39,988 nt of DNA from a virus (Duplodnaviria; Caudoviricetes). Positions 7,828-17,314 of this stretch are shown in pieces (within the stretch, counting starts at the first letter, position 1; every line of letters starts with the position of its first letter). The translations under genes and the position numbers were made by a program. Under the pieces are notes generated by a model that was not told the DNA's origin, searched no databases, and was given only the letters and a program-made list of their open reading frames with translations. Location of the stretch: the IMG/VR virus record IMGVR_UViG_3300042804_000018, positions 1 to 39,988 of that record, one strand, 5' to 3'.

Positions 7828-10800
7828 CTATTTCACTAATTTTCTTATCATGGTTACGATGTCATCTTTTTTCATTTGCTTCTCAAATGATACATTTAAT
7901 CCATCTTCCTTTAAAGTTTCGAAGAATTTCTTTGCAGATTGAATCCTCATTTTTTCGTCATTTCTCAATCCACTGTCTTTTTTAACATCTTTTGTTTCTA
8001 CGATAAAATTAATAATATGTTCTCCTGACGGCTTCTTTAATACATACATAAAGTCGGGGCTTGTAGTTCCTCCATAATATAAAGGCACTCTAATACTGCT
8101 TCTTGGTATTTTCCCAAAGACTACGACTTCATCAATCCCGCTATTTTCAATAGTTTCACGTTCCTTGGGTGAGTCATATACAAAGCTTTCATAGAGAAAT
8201 TTCGCAGGAACTGATAAGCTATCCGAGCGCATAATACCAACAGATCCTTGTGGAATAGCCTTCTTAACATTTCCGTCAATATCCGTTAACGAAGTTTCTG
8301 TAGTGCTTACTTCCAGCTTTTTATAGCTAAATCTTTTCATAAAACTAGATTCTAGCCATTCTTGGAATTTGAAGATAAAATTGTGCAGGCTAGTTTTATT
8401 GAACAACTTTGCATTAATAGGGTGCTTCAAGTTATACTCGATAATATTACTGTGCATTATTTCCATAGGAATCCCCGTATTTGACTGTACCCGTCTTAAA
8501 AACTCTCCATAAGGCATAGAAGAATCAATTACATGGTACCCAGCAGTTGATTCCTTTATTTCAACTAAACCATCTTCACCTTTTGTCGTCCGCTTTTCTT
8601 TCGCATGTATAAGCTGTTCTTCAAAGATGTCACTTTCAAGAATTGACTTCACCGCATTTCCCAACTCTTCATCATTGATATCATCTAATGTTAGATAATA
8701 TTTCTGATTGATTTTGCTCCACAGTTCCTTTACCTCAGAGAATCTCTCTTCTCTAATTTTAACCTCTCCTAGTTTTTTCTTGGTTGCATCAATAACTTTT
8801 CCTTGTTGTAGTCCAGTATTAAACTCAGGGTATTTGTCCATCATTTCAAGACGTTTGTCTTCAATAATGTTCTGATCCTTGTCTACATAACCACCAATAA
8901 GCAATTCAGCGAAAAGAACATTCTCATCGACCCCTCGGTCTTTCGCAACTTTAGATAAAACTCCACGAATCGAAGTTATGGTTCTTACATCTGCATTTAT
9001 TTCATTAATAAGATTTTCCGCAAACTTTTTCTCAGTAAAGTCGATAATATAATTTAAATAAAACTGTTCTCCGGATATTCGATTACCAAATTCGTCAACT
9101 GGTAACCTTAGACCTCTACCGACTTCTTGTAATTTACTAATCTCACTGCCACTTGAACGCAGCTTAGCAATTGTAAATACATTCGGATTATCCCAACCTT
9201 CTCTAAGCGTCCATTTAGAGAAAATAAACCTCATCGTATTCCATTGTTCCTCTTCATTCTTAAAGGATATCAACGACTCTTTGTCACGAAGAATTTTATC
9301 AACTTCTTCCTGAATATCTTCGTCAGCTTTTGAGTTATCTTCGGAGAAATAGCCTCCGTTTGTCTTTTTAATATCTTTTAATGAAGCTTCCAGATATTCT
9401 TTGTACTCGAGCATCCTTGATGATTTCTTATCTAACTGATCAATCTTTGCAAATTCTTCCTGGAGTTTTTGAGTTAGTAGTTTTTCAAATGATATCCTTA
9501 ATTTACCATCATTATCAGAACCTCGATATGAATAAATGCTATCGATAAAGAACAAACTCAGAGTCTTAATTTTATTTCCCCTAAGAAAATTCTCTTTTTC
9601 TTTTACAAAATGGGCATCTATAGCTTGTTTCATCATTAGTTCTTGATAGGTTGTTCCATATATTGAAGAATAGATAATGTCTCCAACTGCAATAACATGA
9701 CCATTGGAAAGAGTTATACCATTACTTATATCACAATCGTCACTTTTACCAATACTTTCAACACTAATTCCTGTAAAAGACTCGTCTATAATGCCTAAGC
9801 TGTCTCCAGGTACTAAATCAAATGTTTTTTTAGTCTTCTCATTTCTAAAAACGCATGATTTAGGCCTATGAGACACTTGCATCAATTTAATATTCACATC
9901 ATCAGCATCAGCATCTTCTAATGTTTGAACGGCTACTCCTTTTACTAGCTGATCATTGAAAGCTTCACATGCACCTAAATTGTAAACCAAATTGTTATAA
10001 TCTTTTTCCTCACTTTTTCCTGCATAGGGAAAAGTAGCACCAAATCTAATGACACACTGTGGTTTAATCTTATCTATTAAGCATTGATAAGCTTTATTCT
10101 CCCTTTTAAATCTATGCGGTTCATCAATAATAACGATAGGACGAGTTTCTTCTAGTGCTTTATATGGCTGCGTAAATTCACCCAATAAAGTTTGATCATA
10201 ATCATCTTTTTCCATCGTTGCCTTTGATAGTAGCATTTTATCGGTTGTAAGTAATACATGTACCCGGTTTTTCTCTAATCTAGTACCTCTTGCATATTCA
10301 GCGATTGCACTTGGAAACATCTTTCTTCCTGATGATTTATTCTTTTGAGCATTTAACACTTGAAGTTTTAATGACACATTTGGATAAATGTCAGCAAAAT
10401 GGATTTTCGAGTAGTTTGCTTCAATAAAATTCTTTGTTCCTTCTTTGATCGGTGTCGATGGTACAAGTAGAATAAACTTATTAAACCCATACTGCCTATT
10501 TAATTCATACATTAACCTTGTGTATACATAAGTTTTACCGGTACCAGTTTCTAATTTAGCATCAATACCAAGAATGCCATCATCTACGGTCCTTTGCATA
10601 CTTTTAGGGATTGGATTAAGGTCCTCTACGTCACCATTCCAAATTTCTGAAATATTTCTTGAAATAGCCTCATCCTGAATATCAATAATAGGATTTTGAT
10701 GTATGGCATTAGTGCTAGAAATTCGAACATCTTCCAGCACTTTGCATATTGCATTGATAGCATCAGTTTGATGAGGCAGATGTTTTAATTGTATTTGCAT
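7828..10800 (-). CDS. res: Type III restriction endonuclease subunit Res
   Basis: LETGTGKT, IIDEPH, LREGWDNPNVF, QEVGRGLR helicase motifs; C-terminal SPDF...VETK nuclease; start taken as MQIQLKHL. Confidence 0.95.
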   Translation of the reverse strand: MQIQLKHLPHQTDAINAICKVLEDVRISSTNAIHQNPIIDIQDEAISRNISEIWNGDVEDLNPIPKSMQRTVDDGILGIDAKLETGTGKTYVYTRLMYELNRQYGFNKFILLVPSTPIKEGTKNFIEANYSKIHFADIYPNVSLKLQVLNAQKNKSSGRKMFPSAIAEYARGTRLEKNRVHVLLTTDKMLLSKATMEKDDYDQTLLGEFTQPYKALEETRPIVIIDEPHRFKRENKAYQCLIDKIKPQCVIRFGATFPYAGKSEEKDYNNLVYNLGACEAFNDQLVKGVAVQTLEDADADDVNIKLMQVSHRPKSCVFRNEKTKKTFDLVPGDSLGIIDESFTGISVESIGKSDDCDISNGITLSNGHVIAVGDIIYSSIYGTTYQELMMKQAIDAHFVKEKENFLRGNKIKTLSLFFIDSIYSYRGSDNDGKLRISFEKLLTQKLQEEFAKIDQLDKKSSRMLEYKEYLEASLKDIKKTNGGYFSEDNSKADEDIQEEVDKILRDKESLISFKNEEEQWNTMRFIFSKWTLREGWDNPNVFTIAKLRSSGSEISKLQEVGRGLRLPVDEFGNRISGEQFYLNYIIDFTEKKFAENLINEINADVRTITSIRGVLSKVAKDRGVDENVLFAELLIGGYVDKDQNIIEDKRLEMMDKYPEFNTGLQQGKVIDATKKKLGEVKIREERFSEVKELWSKINQKYYLTLDDINDEELGNAVKSILESDIFEEQLIHAKEKRTTKGEDGLVEIKESTAGYHVIDSSMPYGEFLRRVQSNTGIPMEIMHSNIIEYNLKHPINAKLFNKTSLHNFIFKFQEWLESSFMKRFSYKKLEVSTTETSLTDIDGNVKKAIPQGSVGIMRSDSLSVPAKFLYESFVYDSPKERETIENSGIDEVVVFGKIPRSSIRVPLYYGGTTSPDFMYVLKKPSGEHIINFIVETKDVKKDSGLRNDEKMRIQSAKKFFETLKEDGLNVSFEKQMKKDDIVTMIRKLVK

Positions 10801-10801
10801 A

Positions 10802-12772
10802 TCAATACCTCTCAATCACTGTAATATTTTTGTTTTGCCTTAAATTTGCTATGTTCTTTTTTAGCTCATGAGACTGATTAAATGGTAAAGAGTAAGGATA
10901 AACGACCACTCTTGAAATCATCAGTTCATTGTTCTCAATTTTTTTGATCAACTCCATAATATCTTCAGAAGTGATACCTTCTTCAATAATGTATAATGAA
11001 CCATCATGCAAATCAGCTTCATATGTCTTTAGCTTTATCTTCTCAGCTTTTGAACATAGCCCATATCCATCTTCGTTTAACCATGTAGATAGAATGGTTT
11101 CTTTTCCTGGAATGTTATCAAATGAAAAAATATCTATCATATCTCCTAAAACTAACTCCTCAACAGGATTAAAATCCACTATCTTATCAAGTGTTTTTTG
11201 TTCTGGAGTGTTTAATTTATAAAGCTTATATCCATAATCAATCCCCGCGTTGGTATTGGTTTTGATTTTTTCTGCTGCCTTCTCAATTCTATCCCTGCCA
11301 ATTTCATCTATTGTACGGTAACCTGCTTGGTATGCTGGTTTATTTTCTTCTATGGCTTCAGGTAACTGAACCATAATAAATTTTCTTTTCCCATTGTCTT
11401 CGGCATTCATTTGCATAACAGCATGCGCTGTAGATGCAGATCCAGAGAAAAAATCTATAATAAGTGAGTTTTTATCTAACCCAATAGCTTTAAATAGTAA
11501 ACATAACAGGTCAACATCTTTAGGATTAGTAAAATACTTTCCGCCTAATAAATCATTTAATTGGTTAGAGGCTACCCTACCATCCTTGTACTTGATACTT
11601 GTTAGACTTTGAAACTGTGTATCTACAAGATACGTTTTATTATTAGGAATAGTTGTCTCATCTTTCCCAAAATGAATTAAATTGTCTTTTACTCTTTGTT
11701 TCATCGTTTCTTCTGGATATCTCCACCCACTCGCAGGCTCCTTACAAATCCCTCCATTAATAGGATGAGTTACGTCATACCTGTATTGCCCATAGTTAGG
11801 GCCAGAAATATCTGCTGGAAAATATACACCTCTTTCATCCATCCATGAATAATGTTTACTAGAATAAATAGGATTTGATTCAGGAAACTGCTTATACCAC
11901 TCAAGAGCCTCCTTATGTATTGCTTCCCAGTCGTCTCCATGTTTCTGTCTAAACCCTTCAAAGGCTTTAAAAATTTCTTCCAATCCTTCTTTTTTTTCTG
12001 TCCATTCACCACTGTTCATCGATTTATTTTTCACGAAAGCTATTATATACTCATGTTGCATAGAGATGTAAGATTGATCATTCTTACTGCTATTCTTCCA
12101 AATGATCTCACCCGCAAAGTTTTCTTCACCAAACACTTCGTCACAAATCAACTTCAAATTGCAATGCTCATTTTCATCTATTGAAATGAAAATAACGCCC
12201 TCATCCTTTAACAAGTCACGGGCTAGAAGAAGTCTAGGATACATAAATGTAAGCCAAGCAGAATGGGTACTTTTTCCCGCCATATTCAAAATTCTTTCTG
12301 CTTCATCTTCTTCGATTCCAGCAGATTTAGCTAAACTCTCTTTGGTAAACTCAAAAGTATCAGGGTAAACGAAATCTTTTTTGCCGGTATTATAAGGTGG
12401 ATCAATGTATATACAATCCACTTCATTGGAATAAGACTTCAACAAATGTTTTATAGCATCAATGTTATCTCCGACCATATAAACATTCTTACTTTCGGCA
12501 TTAATTCCCTTTGTGTTATGCTCGATAATAGGTGTAAGCACTGTCTTTGTCTCAGTAGAAGTCAATAATTTAGCATAGCTCTTTCCTAGAAATTTAAGTT
12601 CATACCCCTCTTTCCTCATTTCAACATCTGTACTAGATAATAGTTCCTTCAATCGATCAATCATAAAATCCCCATTTTTATCGAAATAATGAGGAAATAC
12701 TTTTCTTAATTTTTCAATCTCTCTTGTGTTAGGTCCAACTGTATTGTTTTTGGTTAATTGATCTTTAATCAT
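10802..12772 (-). CDS. mod: Type III R-M adenine methyltransferase Mod
   Basis: IYIDPPYNTG, HSAWLTFMYPRL, DFFSGSASTAHAV; directly upstream of res; start taken as MIKDQ behind SD AGAGGG. Confidence 0.95.
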   Translation of the reverse strand: MIKDQLTKNNTVGPNTREIEKLRKVFPHYFDKNGDFMIDRLKELLSSTDVEMRKEGYELKFLGKSYAKLLTSTETKTVLTPIIEHNTKGINAESKNVYMVGDNIDAIKHLLKSYSNEVDCIYIDPPYNTGKKDFVYPDTFEFTKESLAKSAGIEEDEAERILNMAGKSTHSAWLTFMYPRLLLARDLLKDEGVIFISIDENEHCNLKLICDEVFGEENFAGEIIWKNSSKNDQSYISMQHEYIIAFVKNKSMNSGEWTEKKEGLEEIFKAFEGFRQKHGDDWEAIHKEALEWYKQFPESNPIYSSKHYSWMDERGVYFPADISGPNYGQYRYDVTHPINGGICKEPASGWRYPEETMKQRVKDNLIHFGKDETTIPNNKTYLVDTQFQSLTSIKYKDGRVASNQLNDLLGGKYFTNPKDVDLLCLLFKAIGLDKNSLIIDFFSGSASTAHAVMQMNAEDNGKRKFIMVQLPEAIEENKPAYQAGYRTIDEIGRDRIEKAAEKIKTNTNAGIDYGYKLYKLNTPEQKTLDKIVDFNPVEELVLGDMIDIFSFDNIPGKETILSTWLNEDGYGLCSKAEKIKLKTYEADLHDGSLYIIEEGITSEDIMELIKKIENNELMISRVVVYPYSLPFNQSHELKKNIANLRQNKNITVIERY

Positions 12773-12776
12773 CCCT

Positions 12777-13004
12777 CTACCTCTTTTCTGCTTTACTATT
12801 TTCGTTATGAACATATTCAACTATATCGCCAATATCACAGTGAAACTCTTCACAAATTTTTCCTAAAACTTCCATAGTTACATTTTGATTTTTGCTTAGG
12901 CGAGCTAACGTTGATGGAGTAATTTCAACCGCATCTCGCAGTGCAGTTTTGTTCATATTCTTATCAATGAGTATTTTCCAAAGTTTATTATAAGAAAAAG
13001 CCAT
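12777..13004 (-). CDS. Cro/C1-type HTH regulator, probable R-M controller
   Basis: FSYNKLWKILIDKNMNK...VLGKICEEFHCDIGDIVE; first gene of the mod-res operon. Confidence 0.88.
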   Translation of the reverse strand: MAFSYNKLWKILIDKNMNKTALRDAVEITPSTLARLSKNQNVTMEVLGKICEEFHCDIGDIVEYVHNENSKAEKR

Positions 13005-13180
13005 TTTTATCCCTCCCGGAACTAAAAGTATCTTTTAGAGTATATTACATACACCCTATTGTATCATATATTCTCTTTATAGTTAAGCTGATTTATAATA
13101 CTTCTTATAAAATCAAAGTTTACTCTGCTAAACCGTTGAATCGCTATTGATCATGCTGCTACTTTGAACTGTAGTTTTAA

Positions 13181-13236
13181 CAGCAATCTTGTCAACTCAC
13201 CACGTTTTTGCCAGCAATCGTATCAACTCACCACGT
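13181..13236. repeat. Tandem imperfect 25-bp direct repeat
   Basis: CAGCAATCttgTCAACTCACCACGT (13181-13205) and CAGCAATCgtaTCAACTCACCACGT (13212-13236). Confidence 0.85.
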
Positions 13237-13378
13237 CAATATCCATATCATCTTCTTAATTATCTAACATGCCTATCTTGGATAAGTCCCAACAAAGCAA
13301 AAATCCGTGATTATCCTTCCGGCTTATAACCAGACCTCAAATCACGGAAAGTCCTTGTTTACTGACCTTTTCACACTC

Positions 13379-13421
13379 TTATTTCTCTACCCTCGACATC
13401 AATACTACCGTCTCGACGGTA
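13379..13421 (-). other. Putative att site of the serine recombinase, resembling the 3' end of rlmD/rumA
   Basis: 7-bp inverted arms TACCGTC-tc-GACGGTA (13406-13421) around a 2-bp core; encodes VETVVLMSRVEK*, typical of RlmD C-termini. Confidence 0.7.
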
Positions 13422-15055
13422 TTACCTTTGTCCCACAAAAGTTCCTGTATTTCATGTCCATCTTTATAAACAGGAAAGTTAAAGGATATCGATTTTAAAG
13501 GTACTTCTGCTTCATCACGGGTATATATCTGAATTTCTTTAATTAAGGAAGATACAAGAGCTTTTCGTTCTTCGTCGCTTATTCTATCATAGACTTTTTC
13601 AAAATTAATCATAAGTTTATAAACATTATCCAAGGTGATTGCATCACGCTCAACAGATTGTCGTCTTAACTTTGCATCTTCTATTTTTTCTTCTAACTCC
13701 ACAATAATATCATACAGACCATCTAAACGAATAGTCATATCATGCAATTTTCTCTCCCGATAACGGGTGTCTTCTGGCAGGGTGTCAATTTCATTTTCCA
13801 ATCGAGCTTTATTTAAATCAACCTCTCTTAGCTTAGTTTCATAATTTTTAATCTCTTTATCAATATTTGTTGTATCAATCTGAGTACCAATTCTTGCTTT
13901 TACTTCCTTTGCAAATGTTTCATTACTAACCAATTCTCTGATTGCCTCAATTACAATAGGTTCAATGTCAGTTTTCTTAAGCATAGCTTTGTAATCACAA
14001 TTTCTGCCGCGTACCGCGCGATTACGGCTACATACATAATAGTAAACTTCTTTATATGTGCCGTCCTTATTTGTCCATGCATGTTTATTGGTATACATTG
14101 GACCGCTACAACCAGGACACTTCAAAATACCTGTTAATAAATGTGCCCGATCCTTACCTACCTTTGACGGCTGTTTTACTCCTGTTTCAATTCTTTTTTC
14201 ACGAACCTTATTCCATAATTCTTCACTAATAATAGCTTGGTGCTGCCCATCTGCCAGAATATAATCTTCTTGTTTAGTTTGACGATACTCATTTTTTGTC
14301 CCTTTCACTTTTTCTCTAGCTCGTCTACCAAAAGCAATTTTCCCACAGTAAATAGGATTGTCTAAAATCATCCTTACAAAATGGCCACTCCACTCTTTTA
14401 GTGTTCCATTTTGCCTTTGTATTTTTTTAATCCCTTGTAAGTTAAGATATTTTGCTATTCCTCCATACCCTATATCTGAATTTGCAAATTTATCATATAT
14501 TAAGCGAATTACCTCTGCTTCTTCCTCTTGAATAAATAGCATTTTATCCTTCAAATAGTAGCCATACGGAGCAAATCCACCATTCCAACCACCTTGCCTA
14601 GCTTTTTCCTTACGCCCATTCATGGTCTGCTCAATGATGTTTTCTCTTTCAATTTCAGATACCGCTGAAAGAACTGATATAAGTAGTTTTCCACTTGTCT
14701 GCGATGAATCAATGCCTTCTTCAATGCATATGAGGTTTATTCCAAAGGATTGTACAAATTCTAATGAATTTAAGATGTCAGCAGCATTTCTTCCAAATCG
14801 GGATAATTTATAGACTAATATATAGTCAATTTGTAACCCATTTTCAATATCTGACAACATTTTTTTAAAAGCAGGTCGGCCTTCAATGGATTTTCCCGAC
14901 TTTCCAGCATCTTCATAGATATCTACTATCAGCATTTCTTCTCTATCCGCAAAGCGTTTCAAGCTATTTATTTGACCATCTAAGCTAAATCCATCCACCT
15001 GCATCTCTGTACTAACACGAGGATATAGAACACATTGCTTTCCACTTCTATTCAT
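13379..15055 (-). CDS. Large serine recombinase (integrase)
   Basis: YPRVST catalytic Ser motif, KLSRFGRN, APYGY recombinase domain, CPGC...YYVC...C zinc ribbon, coiled coil. Confidence 0.96.
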   Translation of the reverse strand: MNRSGKQCVLYPRVSTEMQVDGFSLDGQINSLKRFADREEMLIVDIYEDAGKSGKSIEGRPAFKKMLSDIENGLQIDYILVYKLSRFGRNAADILNSLEFVQSFGINLICIEEGIDSSQTSGKLLISVLSAVSEIERENIIEQTMNGRKEKARQGGWNGGFAPYGYYLKDKMLFIQEEEAEVIRLIYDKFANSDIGYGGIAKYLNLQGIKKIQRQNGTLKEWSGHFVRMILDNPIYCGKIAFGRRAREKVKGTKNEYRQTKQEDYILADGQHQAIISEELWNKVREKRIETGVKQPSKVGKDRAHLLTGILKCPGCSGPMYTNKHAWTNKDGTYKEVYYYVCSRNRAVRGRNCDYKAMLKKTDIEPIVIEAIRELVSNETFAKEVKARIGTQIDTTNIDKEIKNYETKLREVDLNKARLENEIDTLPEDTRYRERKLHDMTIRLDGLYDIIVELEEKIEDAKLRRQSVERDAITLDNVYKLMINFEKVYDRISDEERKALVSSLIKEIQIYTRDEAEVPLKSISFNFPVYKDGHEIQELLWDKGNTVETVVLMSRVEK

Positions 15056-15125
15056 AATCCTACCTCCTGACCTAAATTTATAATCTTATAGATGAAAAAT
15101 ATCATTATGTAATGTGCTGTGTAAA

Positions 15126-15296
15126 CTACACAGCACAGTCTATGTCTTTTAAAATTTCAGCTCCATGCTTTTCTACCACGCTTGCCAATGTGTTCATAAA
15201 GACATTGAATTCTTGAGATTGTGGCTGAAAATCTTTTTCTTTAGGAGCAGCCTTGTTAGTAGTTGTATCTTCTGATACCACTTTGATTTTTTCCAT
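15126..15296 (-). CDS. Small hypothetical protein upstream of integrase (56 aa)
   Basis: Manual translation MEKIKVVSEDTTTNKAAPKEKDFQPQSQEFNVFMNTLASVVEKHGAEILKDIDCAV; SD GGAGGTG. Confidence 0.6.
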   Translation of the reverse strand: MEKIKVVSEDTTTNKAAPKEKDFQPQSQEFNVFMNTLASVVEKHGAEILKDIDCAV

Positions 15297-15401
15297 CTGT
15301 AAACACCTCCGTGATTACATAACTCAATTATAAATAGGTTTTAAGTATATGTGAAATGTGTCGTTTTCTTGTTCCGAGCTAACATTTTAAAAAAGGCATA
15401 T

Positions 15402-15765
15402 TTATAGGCTCTTTAATCCTATACTGATTTTGAGAGCCTTATTTATACAAGAAATTTCTTTCTCACTTATCCTGCCAACATATATTTTCAATCGCTTTTT
15501 ATCTATTGTAATGATCTGTTCTAGCAATACTATTGATGGAGCTGATAGCACGCAATGACCTTTAAATAGGCAATGAGTTGGCAGTCTAGCTTTATAATAA
15601 GTTTTCCCCGTGATTACAGCTACAATGATTGTAGGTCTAAATCTATTACCTATATTTTTTTAAATCACTAAAACCGGACGATATCCTCTTTACTCCGATC
15701 CAATTACATGTTTCAAATTAGCATAGAAAATATCTCCACGTACAATGCAGTTCTATATTTCTCAT
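15402..15765 (-). pseudogene. PemK/MazF family toxin pseudogene
   Basis: Manual translation across frames: RGDIFYANL...GSE*RGYRPVLVI / NIGNRFRPTIIVAVIT...LPTH...SIVLLEQIITIDKKRL...INKALKISIGL; internal stop and frameshifts. Confidence 0.85.
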
Positions 15766-15824
15766 CTCCTTTCCGTATAACAAGAAATATTTGAATCATC
15801 ATTTTTTAGTAAAATCAGACGGCT

Positions 15825-16115
15825 GTTGGCACAGCTCCACGGGAGTTTAACCCTATCGGCGTTCTTCCGAAACCCTACCCATTGCCTGCGACGCTTTCAA
15901 CGCTCGGACTGTGGCTATAAGGGAGTATCATTATCCCATTTATATGTCTTCGCCCGTAAATTGCCACATTTACTTTGTTACTTGATATTTTTCGCTCTCC
16001 CTGGATAGAGGTCATGGCGTATAAGTAGCTTGGCTCAATATAAATGGAATGTATCCGTTTTACTTTATGCTGCAAAGTCGTTATCTGACCTGCGTTCTTT
16101 GTCAAGGAACAGTTG
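15825..16115 (-). ncRNA. Conserved non-coding tract like the Tn916 orf8-xis interval (canT-like RNA candidate)
   Basis: Minus-strand blocks CGCCATGACCT, AATGATACTCCC, AGTCCGAGCG, CGTCGCAGGCAATG, GGGTTAAACTCCCGTGGAGCT, in the order I recall from Tn916; lies after the Orf8-like gene. Confidence 0.55.
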
Positions 16116-16184
16116 CCACATGGCAGGAAATCTATAAATTGGAAGAACGGAAAGGGGTGCGTACTTCCCTTATGGATTTACCTG

Positions 16185-16424
16185 TTAAGCGATATTGAAA
16201 GTCAATATTTTGGTAATCAGTTTGGTTTCCAATCTGCGACGTAATGCCTCATCCACACATAAATGCAAATTACCACTTTCATCGAAAAGCTGTCTTGTGG
16301 ATAATGCAGCAATGTAACCGCCATAATGTTTCAAAACGTCATTGATGGCATCCACATCGCCACTTGCAGCCAATACGATGACAGGATAAGAAACCAGACG
16401 ATTACCTGATGTCTTATTATTCAT
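16185..16424 (-). CDS. Helix-turn-helix protein, Tn916 Orf8-like
   Basis: YPVIVLAASGDVDAINDVLKHYGGYIAALSTR...VDEALRRRLETKLITKILTF; overlaps upstream sigma gene. Confidence 0.88.
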   Translation of the reverse strand: MNNKTSGNRLVSYPVIVLAASGDVDAINDVLKHYGGYIAALSTRQLFDESGNLHLCVDEALRRRLETKLITKILTFNIA

Positions 16425-16842
16425 TGGTATCTCCCTCCATAAATTTTTTTAGCTGTTGCAACGTTCTCGTCCTTTGGTACTGGACAGTGGCACGGAGCAT
16501 ATTAAGCTTATCCCCGATTTCTCGGTCGGAGAGCTCAAGGAAGTAGGAAAGCAGAATAACATCTCGTCTTCTCTCCGGCAAGCGCTCCAATGCCTTGGCA
16601 ATGATATCATCAGTCACAGCGACATCAAGACCTAAAGCATTGAAAATCTGCTCGGTAGCAAAGTATTGATCCTCCGTATAAAGCTGCTCCAGTTGCTTTG
16701 CTGACAAATCGGAAAAGGATACTTCCCGGCTACGCTGTCGTTTCAGTTCATCATAGAAGTCCCTTGCCTCATGCTTTAGTATCTTTTTGCAGAAACTGTC
16801 AAAGGCGTGTTGCTTGCTTTGTTCGTGATTATTGGGTTTCAC
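16417..16842 (-). CDS. Sigma-70 region 4 protein, Tn916 Orf7-like
   Basis: QHAFDSFCKKILKHEARD, ALERLPERRRDVILLSYFLELSDREIG; start moved to GTG 16842 behind SD AAAGGGGGTG. Confidence 0.88.
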   Translation of the reverse strand: MKPNNHEQSKQHAFDSFCKKILKHEARDFYDELKRQRSREVSFSDLSAKQLEQLYTEDQYFATEQIFNALGLDVAVTDDIIAKALERLPERRRDVILLSYFLELSDREIGDKLNMLRATVQYQRTRTLQQLKKFMEGDTNE

Positions 16843-17263
16843 ATTCTCACCCCCTTTCGGGCGGTGACTCCGCTGCTCCCCTTTCGCCACTATTACGGTG
16901 AGAATATTGAAAATGCAAAACTTACAGAAAAATTTCCGAGATTTTTTTAAATTAAACGCAAAAATACCCGGCTGAAAGCACAGTCGGGCATGAGTAAAGC
17001 AATTAATTATTAAGTAATATTGTATATGTTTATATACGTAGCGATAATATATTGCTTGAAGATATAGGCCTTTTTGATAAGCAAGTTTTAGATGAACAGT
17101 AATAATAAAAAATAGACACAGCACACCCCTTTACATCGTCCTGTCTCTAAAAATCATTTTTTGGAAAAACCGACGACTAAGTTTTATTTTTTTATAAAAT
17201 CAAAAGTATTTTAGAGTGAATATAATTTCAATTAGACGGTAATCCCAGACACTATATCGATAG

Positions 17264-17310
17264 AAAAAGCCGATAATATATGATTATGAAAATCACATAT
17301 TATCGGCTCT
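17264..17310 (-). terminator. Terminator/attenuator hairpin after KTR peptide
   Basis: AGCCGATAATAT ... ATATTATCGGCT inverted repeat followed by U tract on minus strand. Confidence 0.75.
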
Positions 17311-17314
17311 GCGT

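Noticed and set aside
11990-11997. A8 tract in mod as a phase-variation switch
   Set aside because: Short, in frame and unremarkable in AT-rich DNA; no simple-sequence repeat tract seen
13181-13236. Possible mini CRISPR array
   Set aside because: Only two repeats with a 6-bp spacer and no cas genes
15833-15855. GGGTTAAACTCCC hairpin as part of a group II intron
   Set aside because: No reverse transcriptase, domain V or GTGCG 5' end found
16843-17124. N-terminal extension of the Orf7-like ORF
   Set aside because: Family similarity and SD begin at GTG 16842; likewise for track extensions at 3330-3425, 30703-30795 and 36195-36314
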